DNA of 60,167 nt, counting the filler, from Platydemus manokwari (lineage: Eukaryota), in assembly GCA_037951405.1 (NCBI GenBank). It is 5 parts of 5 records of this genome, joined end to end, with 100 filler letters (N's around TTAATTAATTAA, not from the genome) between each part and the next. Parts side by side here need not be neighbours in the genome. Positions count along the whole stretch, not along the records: positions 14,443 to 26,696 come from JBBMOY010224450.1; positions 26,797 to 36,008 come from JBBMOY011282540.1; positions 36,109 to 48,431 come from JBBMOY010190006.1; 2 more parts are not named here. One strand, given 5' to 3'. Below, in pieces: positions 26,211 through 37,879 of this stretch. Both the position numbers and the translations under genes were made by a program. The first letter of the stretch is position 1. Each line of letters opens with the position of its first letter. The notes under the pieces are model-generated. The model was given only the letters and a program-made list of their open reading frames with translations, did not search any database and was not told the DNA's origin.

Positions 26211-26546
26211 TTAAATCTGTTTAATATGTACTATCAAAGATATTTCTTCTCCAACAAAATCTATTAAATTACAATTTTGATCTGTTATTTTAAAGGTAAC
26301 TTCACTAACACATTTAGTAAATATTGGATAATAAATTACTTGTTTTACTTCTTTATTAAATACATAACCTGAACGAACATTATTGGCTGTAAAACTATAA
26401 ATGATATTTGACATTGTCGAAACGTTATTGGAACTTCCAGATGAACTTCCAGCTCTATTACTTCCAGCAGCTATTAACGTAAGCTCAGCAATATTTATTA
26501 TTTTCTGATAAATGATTTCCAGCTGAATATGATTTATTATTTTCAA
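26211..26546 (-). pseudogene. Polinton minor capsid (penton) protein, C-terminal part
   Basis: NIIYSF...GY.F...VKQVIYYPI...VTFKITDQNCNLIDFVGEEISLIVHIKQ is the typical penton C-terminal signature. Confidence 0.85.
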
Positions 26547-26696
26547 ACAGAACCTAAAATAATAAATTTTATAAATACCCTAAAATTCCATAGATAAGAG
26601 CGGTTTAATTTTACTGGTAAAAAAAATGATTTTTGCAGAAATTTTTATTTGTATTAAACAATAACAAGGGTTCCAACATAAACATAACATTAAGCT

Positions 26697-26796
26697 NNNN
26701 NNNNNNNNNNNNNNNNNNNNNNNNNNNNNNNNNNNNNNNNTTAATTAATTAANNNNNNNNNNNNNNNNNNNNNNNNNNNNNNNNNNNNNNNNNNNN
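26697..26796. other. Artificial contig linker N44-TTAATTAATTAA-N44
   Basis: Same 100-nt structure. Confidence 0.97.
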
Positions 26797-29285
26797 TATT
26801 ATAGCGAATTATTAATTTCGTCATTAATAATTATAGAAGAGTTCTTAATTTATTAAAGTAAAGAATTTAATGCTGTTGAAGAAAACATCACAGAGAAAAC
26901 AATAGCAAGCAACAAGATTATAAATTTGAGGAAAATTTTAAAAATACCAAAGAAATTTCGATAATTTTCCATATTTGAATGCTATAGACAGAAGGATTTT
27001 ATCAAAAAGTTGATGGAGGGATTTCATAAAGCATATCAGAAATACGCCATGTTGTGAAACTAATTGTCGATAAGATGTAGGTTTACTCTGAATTTATTGG
27101 AGATTCCATATGGTTTTCGTTTATAAAATTTCTATTTGGCAAGCAAATAAAGAAGCAGTTATTAACTGTGTTTAATTTCAATTCGAACTTAAAAGATTAA
27201 TTGATTTTCCAAAGCTACTGTTGCTATGGCTACTGTTACTTATTTGTGGTTAAACAATTAATAATGTCAACAGCATTTGCTAATATTGATGTTATGAATG
27301 CTTTTTAATGCGGCTGACTAAAATGTTCATTATCGAAAATTTATATTAGCAAGGCTTGTAAAAGTTTATTGGTCGAACAACCAATATCGTCTATTGTGAG
27401 AATACTGGATTTGAATTTGTTTTTTTAGTTTATTCCATTTTACCATGGCACATTGAAATTATTGATATGCGATGAGACACGTACTGACGAAAAAGAATTT
27501 TTTAAATATTGATGGAATCATTTCTGATTTGACTTTATTGATTCCATATTACAGATATTGCGAACTTTAAATACCTGAAAAAGCATGAGCATATGACTAT
27601 TGTGAACTATCAGAGCAACCTTTCAGCATATACAAATGTCTGGAAAACGTCAATGAGAAAACAGGTGATAAAAGCTTCCTTGCTTACCTGGGAATATCCG
27701 TAGTTGATTAATATATTTTTGATTCCGTAATTATAACAATTTAATATTAGGTTATTTCTTTTCTTAACTTTAACTTAGAGACCGGCACATCTCCCTAGCA
27801 TTTCAATTCGAAATGAAAATCTTCCGAAATAATCAATGACATTAAGATTTTTGGAAACAATCAGAATCTGAAAAAATCGCTTTTACACTGAGTTTTTACA
27901 AATATTCTCCACTACTGAAATAAAAAGAGAATTTCAAAGATTATATAACATTTAATAAGAAGTACTTTCCACTGAAAAAATGTGAGAGCAAAAAATAATT
28001 AAGTTCCTTTCATACAAGTACTTGTGACTATTAATGTTAGTGTTTAGCTTGTTAGGATAAATTATTTGTTATAATTATTTATTATTTATATATTAGGATT
28101 TTAATGAATCATATGAATCACTTAAATTAAATAAACAAGCTGTGATAGTAATGGAATTATAGACATAACGAGGAAAATTCTGAAAATCCTTAACGATAGA
28201 AATTGGCCAATTATAATTGAGATAATAAAGAAAACAGAGTACAAACATTAACTTAAATCAACAAAAAATCAATTCAAAATCGGAATAAAAATATAGAAAA
28301 TTCGAATCAAAACCATTCCTAGTTTATCGAAATAAATTTAGAGCATAATTGTATTTCAATTCTATTTTGACATTTTTGAAAAAATGTTATTTTATTATCG
28401 ATCCTGTGTCAAATTCTTTTAATTATAGAATATTTTTAATTTCTATATTTTAAAATCAATTTGACTTTCTTTATTTCAGATGAAGACAAAGCAATGTGCT
28501 AGACTCTCGTTTCTGTCTTTGAAAAATCTCTTTACGACACTACAGTTCTTGAAAAGATTAACTTTATGCACCACACGTATTCGGAACTTTAATAATAGTC
28601 TCAAATTTAGTGTAGTTGTACATTTTAAAAATTTGTATATTCTTTTGTTTTCAGCAAGATATTATACCCTCTTTTTAACTAGTTGAGGATATTTTCTAAC
28701 TAGTTGAATGATTTCAAATCAGTGAATATTACTAGTACATAATTGTTCTTTTTTCTCAATCAATATCTTGTGAAATTTGTGCTGACTTATCATTTACGCA
28801 AATTTATTGAAACTGATAACTAAGAGTAATAATCTAGTTTTAACAAATCTTAAAGCTAAATAGAAACGGACTAATTGAATTAATTGGATTATATAGACCT
28901 CCACAAGTGGAGAAATTTTATTTTGAAATCTGGAAGATAGAAATTATGTAGAATTAGCACTTGTGCATTATGTTATTGTAAATACGAATCAATTCAGGTA
29001 TTTTTCTTTTTTAAGGTTATGCGAATTTCAAATCTGACAGCTCTATCCGTGTTTAACTAGTAAAACATTCTTAACTTAAATTTAAATAGCTTAACATTAA
29101 AATTAAAGATTTTCATTTTACAAAAATATAATTAATTTATATTTATATATTTATTTAAACCATATTAATTAAAATTAAAATAACTTTTAGCCTTGCTTAG
29201 ATGAGTACATAGAATCCAACTACGTAGAAACGCAAATTATTTGTTTAAATATTATACATTTATGAAATAATTAGAATATTTTAAA

Positions 29286-30218
29286 ATGTCTGAAAGTCCG
29301 TCAGAAATCGCTAATAAAAGAAGTCTTCGCCGAAGACATTCTTCTTCACCTAATTTATCTAAAAAAAAGTCACTTTCTAAATCGAGATCAATACCTAAGT
29401 ATGAATCTCGTAGTACTTCGCGAAGCTCATCAAACAAATCGAGATCACACTCAATTCGAAAATCGAGTAAAAGTAATAAAAGAACATCATCTTCATCTAG
29501 AGTTAGGCGTCATTATTCCAGAAGCAGATCTTACAAAAATGAACGTAGATCAAGAAATTATTCAAGATCTAAATCACCTCCTCGGTATAGTAAATTTAGC
29601 CGTTTGAAAAATGATGCTGCAGAGCCATGCACATGTATTGGGATTTTTGGATTATCAAAACGTACAACAGAAGAAACTCTCTGGGATACATTTCAAAAAT
29701 ACGGAAAAATAGATAATGTAAGGCTAATTATGGATAGAGGCAAACGAGAGTCTCTTGGATATGCATTCATTGATTACAAGGAAATCGAATCAGCTAAAAG
29801 GGCTATGAAAGAAGCTCACGGAACGGAAATTGATGGCAATAATATCCGATTAGATTATAGTGTTGGGAAAAAACCAGCGAGTTCTAGGTATTTTAAAGAT
29901 AAACCGTCTAGTGTTAATAGTCGATATGATTCCAAATATCGGAACAATGGGCATAGGGATTATAGAAGACGTTCAAGATCTTCAAGAAGTTCAAGGGGCT
30001 CTTATAGAAAGCGTAGAGATTCACGTAAGGGACGATCGAGGTCTAGGCGATCTCGAAGTTCAAGGGGTTCTTATAGAAGACGTAAAGATTCAAGTAGAAG
30101 ACGATCACGATCAAGAAATTCGCGTGGGTCAAGATCACCTTATAAAAAGCGTAGAATTTCATCCAGAAGACGGTCACACTCTAGAAGATCAAGCAACAGT
30201 AGAAATTCTTCCCGCTGA
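29286..30218 (+). CDS. tra2: Transformer-2-like SR splicing factor (RS-RRM-RS), intronless CDS
   Basis: Central RRM with Tra2-type P..CIGIFGLS..TTE (RNP2), S.GYAFI.Y (RNP1) and G.EIDG..IRLDYS, flanked by RS domains on both sides. Confidence 0.9.
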   Translation: MSESPSEIANKRSLRRRHSSSPNLSKKKSLSKSRSIPKYESRSTSRSSSNKSRSHSIRKSSKSNKRTSSSSRVRRHYSRSRSYKNERRSRNYSRSKSPPRYSKFSRLKNDAAEPCTCIGIFGLSKRTTEETLWDTFQKYGKIDNVRLIMDRGKRESLGYAFIDYKEIESAKRAMKEAHGTEIDGNNIRLDYSVGKKPASSRYFKDKPSSVNSRYDSKYRNNGHRDYRRRSRSSRSSRGSYRKRRDSRKGRSRSRRSRSSRGSYRRRKDSSRRRSRSRNSRGSRSPYKKRRISSRRRSHSRRSSNSRNSSR

Positions 30219-31911
30219 GTTACGTTATTAAATTTTGAAAATTTCAATAATTATTGTAATTATATTAAATAATTTTTGTTAATATTTTTGATTTATTCAA
30301 TAATTTATGAAAATTATTCAAATTCGTCAGCAATCATTCTAATTTTTGTCAAATAGGCTTTTTCTGTCTTAATCTTAATGTGATTATTTGAAATGTTCTA
30401 TTATTTGCTATCATTAATGTAATGGAATTGTGCTTATTGGAGAAGCTTGTTCTGTTGTATCGTTACACAAAAAGTTTAGCAGAGTGGGTTTGTTAAAATG
30501 TTATTCTTTGTATTTAATAAATTTTATTTTTGTAATTAAATAAAATGACTTTTTAACATGCTGATTAAACATTTCGCTAGTTTACTTTGTTACGTTGAAA
30601 AGAAAATTTTAGATGTTAAGCAAGTTATTGTTTGAAATCTGTAGAGATGAGATTTAAATTAGTTATTTTAAGAACTTGTACATGATTTCTTAAAGAAATT
30701 ATGTCATTTTGCTCTATAAAATTACTATTTTTACATAATATTTAAAAGTATGATGAAATTTGTTGCTAAGTCGGTTTAACTTAGTTAATCTTAAATATAA
30801 TTATAACAATTTCTTGATATCAAGAACATCTAGAGATTATTATTAACGTATAATTCAAACGACATGTTCTAAACGGTTGCTTTCTTCATTAACATTGCAG
30901 TTTTTAAGATAAATAATTACAATAATATTCTAGATAAGAATAAGCGATCGTTAGTTGTTATTTGGAATTGAATACTTATTTAGAACATGAATATAAAAGA
31001 CTCATACATTTATTTCTTATATACACAATTCAATATTATATCCAAAATTAAATGTTATTTGTTGTAAACGTATCTGAATCCAGTAACTTGATGGACATTA
31101 AAATTAAAACATGATTCGAAAAAACCACTTCTTTTCATATCTTCAAGATGATTATCTGATTTCGATAAAATATTTGAAAAAAATTCATTAATACAGTGTT
31201 TGCAATGCAATCAAACAAATTATTGTAAATCCATGACAAATATAAGTGAATAGTAAAGTTATTCACTTATCCAAGTAATAATTTGTTGTATTCTCAATAA
31301 TTTAGTTTATTTGATTTGATATATGTTATAACTTATTTTATTATTTATTCAGGTCCTCTAATTTACAAAATCTTCAGAACACTGATTTTGACTTGTCTAG
31401 TCATATTAATACTCAGATATTAAACGATTGATTGACAGTCAGAATTGAAATAAAATGAAAGAATAACTCTCGAATATGGTTATTACAAGAATTTTAGAAA
31501 GTGAATGTTCAAACACCGACGGAAAATGTAATTATTAAAGCATACAAAAATAAATATGAAGGCTTCTTTCTGTTCTTCCTACATTGGGTTATTTATTTAT
31601 TCAAGAAGTTGAATTAGAAACTTCCTGAGAGATTATACTCTCTTTTTGTCAGGCATGGTACTTTTGACTTTACAGAAAACCAGACTGTTTGAAAAGCTAA
31701 TTTCTATTTTATATGTATTTCTCTACATTTGTAAGTTCCCTAATTAGTTCTCCAATTGGTCGATGTCCTCCAAATTTACTATGATAAACTGTTTATAATT
31801 CGACGTTAAAATGTAAATATTCTTTTTGTTCGGCTTTATATTATTAGATTTTATTGACACAATATTTTTATTGTGACACAGCAACGTTAGTACCATAATG
31901 TTTATCTAGAT

Positions 31912-32290
31912 CAGTGATTCCCAAAGTAATCTATATCCAACCCGAAGGGCCAATGAAGACCCGTAAGGAGTCTACGTGGGTTAAAAAATTTGGGGGAGGG
32001 GGTCAATGGGAAGAATATATATATATATTTAACTTTGTAATATTTAGCAAAGGAAATATGACTTAACACACAGATACCGTGGCTATCAAAATATTTTTCA
32101 TTTAAATATAAAGCTCAGAATTTTTAAAGTCCTGAAGGTTATCTTTCCAATAATTGATAAGAAATGTGTTGAGTAAATATGAAATCACACAAAAGAAAAA
32201 TGATTTAGCATCTTGGAACCCTTATTTCGGCACATTAAGCATATGTATACCTACACAACGAAACAAGCATACCAACCACCCAATCAGAAA
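31912..32290. mobile_element. hAT (Charlie-type) non-autonomous fragment; one terminus visible
   Basis: CAGTGATTCCCAAAGT TIR-like start preceded by ATCTAGAT (Charlie-type NTCTAGAN target), G-rich subterminal tracts, and a KQA-like C-terminal remnant near 32262. The second TIR was not found. Confidence 0.55.
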
Positions 32291-33329
32291 GAACTTAAAT
32301 TGAAAATTCTAATTCTCTTTTTTTCTATTTATATAGTGTCTCTATTATTCTTTCTATATTTATTATCCTTTTTCTGATAAATTACATTATTCGAGTTCAT
32401 TAGATTATATCCTTTACTTATTTTATTATTACATGCACTATTTACGCCCTAAACATTAGTATGGTTAATTATACCCCCAGTACATTAGATAACAGTACAT
32501 TGCTTTGGTTCACTGTTGTGAGCTCAGAAATTTGGTTTTTGCATTGCTCCAACGATTCCAGAACTTTGAATCTTTTTCGTTAATAGTTTCAATGGTTGTA
32601 CTAAATGAAGATTAATCTCTTCTATTTTTCATCACTACAGTGTTTATTATCAAATGAAAATTCGTTTCTTTGGTTTCAAACACGATTTATATATAAGCCT
32701 TAACTGGACAGAAATAATAAAAAATAATAATAAGCACAAATTGTTTTCTAAAAATAGATCAAAAAATATTATTAATAAATTATTAAAATAGAAAGAAGAG
32801 ATAAAAACACCCAAAATAGAAACAGAGAAGTATTAACAACTAAAACAGATTAAATAAAATTCAAAGATAGAAACACAATCAACCAGAGAAAGAAGGAAAT
32901 AATAAATATAAACACAAAAAATGACAGTTATGCACCCAATATTTTTGATACATCTAATATTATATTTGACATTATAATAAACCCATTACTGTACTATATC
33001 AGTCAAGAAATTCCACACAGAGCCATCTAGAATTATTACACATTATTAATCATACGATGATTATCTTAAGAATTTTTCCTATAGGCAGAAAAATCAATCA
33101 ATTGGCATATATAAACAACACGAATTTCAATATCACCTATATTCGTTTCAAGTAATTTTATTTCGATCAATTAACTTTTCTAATCAATTTTATTGTAATT
33201 AATTTATGTTTCTATTTTATATTTAAATCGATTAAACCCAGTCCAACCATTCTATTAAATACATTTAAATGAATGCGCAAAATCATTTTAATCATTGTTA
33301 ATTTAATTAATCATAGACTTGGTGATATT

Positions 33330-34800
33330 TTTAGCCTTCTGGTCTTTTAAAACCATATAAGCAACCCAATATTTGGTTCCTCACTGTCATTTTTTGTTGA
33401 GAGCCTTGTCTGGCCTCCTGGTCAGCGTGCTTCAAATTTTTGTGTGGAAGGTTCTATAGTTTTACATTACATTAGTATTTTATATCTTATTGATTATTTT
33501 AATTAATTAAATATATTATATTATAATATTTATTTTGTTGACTTGTATTTGTTGTATTGATTCTCATGTAATTATTATTTATATTTTAAATATTATTTTA
33601 ATTATTACTGAGAATTTAACTGCAGCAACAACCTTATCTGTTGGATTCGAGATTAGTTAAAGGTTTTCAATAAAACCTTCTGATCCACATACGAATTAAT
33701 CAATCTTTTTACAAATTGTATCTTATTATTATAAAATTAAATCATACAATATAGTATTATATATAAATTATCAAAATCTTTAACAATTGGTGAGTCCCAC
33801 GTCATCTTAAATCGCCCGGGATACAATTTTAAGTTTAATTAAAATATTAATGCAAACTATTTTATTATAAATTATATCTAAAGAAACTGACAAAGGGCCT
33901 TCAGTGCGGCTAATATCTACAGAAGACAACACATTAAAATCCCCGTTAATCTTACAATGATGAGCCCTCTGTATCATGCATTTATGACAGACTATCATCA
34001 ACTCTACGATGCGCACGGTATGAATAAAGAAAAAATTATTAAACTTTTACCCATTTATTTAGCTAGCATGGCCAGAGAAAGATTTAACTTTGTAATGAGC
34101 ATTGCGACATCACCAAAATCTGGGAAAATTTAAAGAAGGCATTTTGGAGAAATATCTTTCCAGAGGATACAGGACATCTTTTTAGATAACGATTCAAGAA
34201 AGAGAGAAAATTCCCGGGGGCACTTAGGAGAATTCTCATTGTAAGAATTTTAAAATTTAATTTTTTAATTTAATTTAATTCGAACCAACTGGCCAGTTGA
34301 CACAAAAAACAACGTGAAAGATTACTTGTGGCAAGGATTTCTATCAGACATTTAATCCAGTCTAAGCTTACATATGGGTGATGAGTTCGATGAGTTAGTC
34401 CAAAAGGCCAGAATATTAGGAATAGAACAGGGTAAGCGAACAAATATGTGCTATATTCGAAAATAATTTTGAATAAGAGACCTAGCTTCAAAATCAATAG
34501 AATAAATCTAATCAAGCATATAACGGAGACAACAGGAAATCAAATTGTGCCATATGCAAGAGGGGCGGGCACCGAACCAAAGATTGGCACGATATCACAG
34601 ACAAGAATGGACAAAGAGTCAAATGCCAAAAATGAGGCAAAGATAATCATTATACAAACGAATGCAAAGCCACTGTTCTCAAACGTGACAAATGCTGCAA
34701 ACCAAACCACATCAGCTATATCTGCCGATCCACAGAGAGATCTTCACCCACATGAGATAAAGTGAAAGATTCAATACTTTGGATCTGCCAAATAGTACGT
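33330..34800 (+). mobile_element. Ty3/gypsy remnant: 5' LTR ending ...TTAACA (33785), PBS, gag with three zinc knuckles; no pol
   Basis: PBS-like TGGTGAGTCCCACGTCAT at 33788-33805. Capsid-like IIKLLPIYLASMAR...WENLKKAF. Knuckles CAICKRGGHRTKDW, CQK*GKDNHYTNEC, RDKCCKPNHISYIC. The LTR start is approximate. Confidence 0.8.
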
Positions 34801-35867
34801 AGATTTAGACAGCTAGATGAGAGGTATACGATTAAAAATAAAATAAAATTTATCAGTTTTATGTGATCGTTGAACAATTTGATTTTTTTAAATTGTATTT
34901 GGCGATTATCTTTTGCAAATAATATGATTTTTGAACATGAATAACATTTTGTGATTATTTTATTTGCCAGTTATTTTTTCCAAGCTTAATTTGTCGCAAT
35001 TTTTATTTAATTTACAATATTAATTCGCTTCATGTTTAACAATAATATGTAAATCCTTGGACATCAGCACTAAACAAACTATCATATCCAAGTGAAACAA
35101 TAAAATTTAAACAAATAATTATTTTCTCATAATAAAGTCAACAACTTCGACAAATCAAAACTTCCTTTGTTAATATAACAGTGTGAACACAAATAATACG
35201 TTCAAGCAATGCGATTTTGGTAATTAAATAAAGAAACTCAAAGATTCGAAAATGGAACCGCAATAACTGTTTATAGATGTTCTTGATACATATATAACCC
35301 AGAAAAGTTTCAAGTAGAAGAAAATTACCAAGATATCTGCGAATTAAATAAGATAGACGAAAAAGGTAAAATTAATTATTACTACGATCTTATTATTCGC
35401 TTCCTTAAGATTTTATTTATCGAAAATCACAATCTCCTGTAAGATTCAGTTCATATGATAGTTTGGATTCTCCACCAGCGTGGAGAAATATAATAAGTTT
35501 AATGATTCTATAGGAGACCTTACTGGTATATCATGTGGTAAGCATGTTCTAATGATTCCATTGAATTATCAACTTCACATCAAGATCAATCTCCATTTCT
35601 TTAAAGTTGGTTTGACTCTTACAAGTTACTTTCAGCGCCTTATTTAATTGGTTTAATGACTTTGATTGTGGTTTTAGGATTAGTAACAGGATTAATGATT
35701 TTTTATCGCCATTTCAATAATTAAATCGTTTTTCTTGTGGCTTTTCATATATTTATTATTTTATGTGTAAATCTGTCTGAATATTTACTTTCGATTTTTT
35801 TTCATCTATTTTGTTATTCCTTTTATTCATTTAAAAAAATTGTACTGTTATAAAAATTATGGCATAA

Positions 35868-36008
35868 TATTAGGGTGAACCAAAAGTTCTTTCCGATTTT
35901 CTACATCATTTTGTCCAATTGCTTTTTTACTAAATGAAGATGTTTTATATACATGTGTTATATATATTTTTAAAGCTCTTGAGCTGCTTTATCATAATAT
36001 ACATTAAA
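35868..36008. mobile_element. Mariner-like terminal fragment
   Basis: TA followed by TTAGGGTGAACCAAAAGTTCTTTCCG resembles mariner TIRs. Cut off by the linker. Confidence 0.5.
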
Positions 36009-36108
36009 NNNNNNNNNNNNNNNNNNNNNNNNNNNNNNNNNNNNNNNNNNNNTTAATTAATTAANNNNNNNNNNNNNNNNNNNNNNNNNNNNNNNNNNNN
36101 NNNNNNNN
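36009..36108. other. Artificial contig linker N44-TTAATTAATTAA-N44
   Basis: Same 100-nt structure. Confidence 0.97.
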
Positions 36109-36117
36109 AATACTCAC

Positions 36118-36335
36118 TGAAAACAACATACTGGGATCAGTGTCATCACCATTACCATCATCATCAACAGCATCATCATCATACTCATCATCACTATCTT
36201 CTTGATTGTAGTATGACAGTGGCTTCTTCACAGGACTGTTTTCCTCTTCATTTTCATCTTCCCCATCATCCAGTTCCTTGGGTGCCAACAAGCTATTGGC
36301 AGGCCAAAAGAAAGGCTTGTCAGGTAAGGAAATGC
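36118..36335 (-). CDS. Partial exon encoding an acidic segment of an unidentified protein (possibly foreign sequence)
   Basis: Frame open throughout: ISLPDKPFFWPANSLLAPKELDDGEDENEEE...EDSDDEYDDD...MLFS, followed by a GTGAGT donor at 36117. Confidence 0.55.
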
Positions 36336-36715
36336 NNNNNNNNNNNNNNNNNNNNNNNNNNNNNNNNNNNNNNNNNNNNNNNNNNNNNNNNNNNNNNNNN
36401 NNNNNNNNNNNNNNNNNNNNNNNNNNNNNNNNNNNNNNNNNNNNNNNNNNNNNNNNNNNNNNNNNNNNNNNNNNNNNNNNNNNNNNNNNNNNNNNNNNNN
36501 NNNNNNNNNNNNNNNNNNNNNNNNNNNNNNNNNNNNNNNNNNNNNNNNNNNNNNNNNNNNNNNNNNNNNNNNNNNNNNNNNNNNNNNNNNNNNNNNNNNN
36601 NNNNNNNNNNNNNNNNNNNNNNNNNNNNNNNNNNNNNNNNNNNNNNNNNNNNNNNNNNNNNNNNNNNNNNNNNNNNNNNNNNNNNNNNNNNNNNNNNNNN
36701 NNNNNNNNNNNNNNN
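36336..36715. other. Scaffold gap (380 N, no linker)
   Basis: Plain N run. Confidence 0.98.
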
Positions 36716-37879
36716 TCACCAATGACGTACCAACAATAAGAACAAAGATTTTAAACGATTTCTTGGTAAATCAAAAATTGGATTCACATAGTTTGAGATG
36801 TTATAAACATAAAATAATATTTCAATCTTAAATTGGTAATTTTTTGAAATTTGAGACAATTTTTTTATTCTCCTTTCACTTGGAATTACTTTAATAAAAT
36901 ATATTACACCCACTAATTTATAAAACCAATAAAACGTCTGGAAAATAAAATCAATTGGAGTAAATAAATGTTAATTAATTGATGTGAGGATCAAATTATT
37001 ATTTGTAATATATTTTATTTATAATATCGTGATTTAAAATGAAAAACGAATTTTGGATTCTGAAATTGATGATTTCTAATATCGATAGCAATCGATATTG
37101 TGGAATTGGAATAAATTCATAATTAATCCACAAATGTAGTCGAATTCTACATGATGACAATAAAATTGGATTTCGCTTCCATAAATTTCCCCAAATATAA
37201 TGATTCATCATCAACATAATCTAATAATACAAATATCAATAAAGCAATCCATGTTCCAACGATATCTATGTTAACTATCACAACGACCTTAGCAGATCTC
37301 CAACTAAAGTCACCGAAGGGTAATTAAATAGAATTAAAAATCCTTTACAAACTCCGTGCGATTGTAAAAGGAATTCGCTCTTAAAATTTACAGGCAAATG
37401 AAACAAATGAAAAAATCTCAAAAAACGGAAAAATTAACTCTGGATTTATTGTCCTTCAGTAAAATTGTTATGTTTCTGGTCCAATTAGTTTTTATCAACT
37501 TTATTATTGAGATTACAACTGTGACGTCTGAGCAGTTATGTGAGCTCTGATGACCCTTAATTACAAGAATGAGCTCTATAATTATATTAAATATAACCAA
37601 AGGTATAGATTGTAGAATGATTTTAAAGGAATTATCCTTAATTTTGCTACGGCACTGAACTCGATGACCTTCTTCATAAAACTCAACATAAATTATTTTT
37701 GAACACATTGCAATTTTTCAAAATTTTTAATTATTTTAAACTTTTTGAGATGTTACAGTAATTGTTTGAACAAGATAAATATTAAATATTTTTAATAAAA
37801 TCCATTAAAAATATTTTTTTATAATTATTAATTGTTATTTAAATTTTAAACCTCACAAAGCTCTATAGGCTTAAGCTAC

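Larger units (their letters stand above)
24296..26696. mobile_element. Polinton/Maverick (adintovirus-like) remnant
   Basis: Four hallmark gene fragments lie together: pPolB (+), and fibre-like, adenain protease and penton (-). Truncated by the linker. Confidence 0.9.

Noticed and set aside
26830-27700. Possible MULE or other DNA transposase debris (MEGISZS/EGFHKA-like)
   Set aside because: Too decayed to support a family call.
29860-30231. 123-aa overlapping ORF (and 29401-29607) within tra2
   Set aside because: Shadow frames of RS-codon repeats.
36213-36739. Long ORFs in the track spanning the gap
   Set aside because: Artefacts of translating N runs.
37418-37708. 96-aa minus-strand ORF with C...HNC, FLYWCH/MULE-like
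   Set aside because: Spacing is unconvincing and no downstream DDE domain was recognised.
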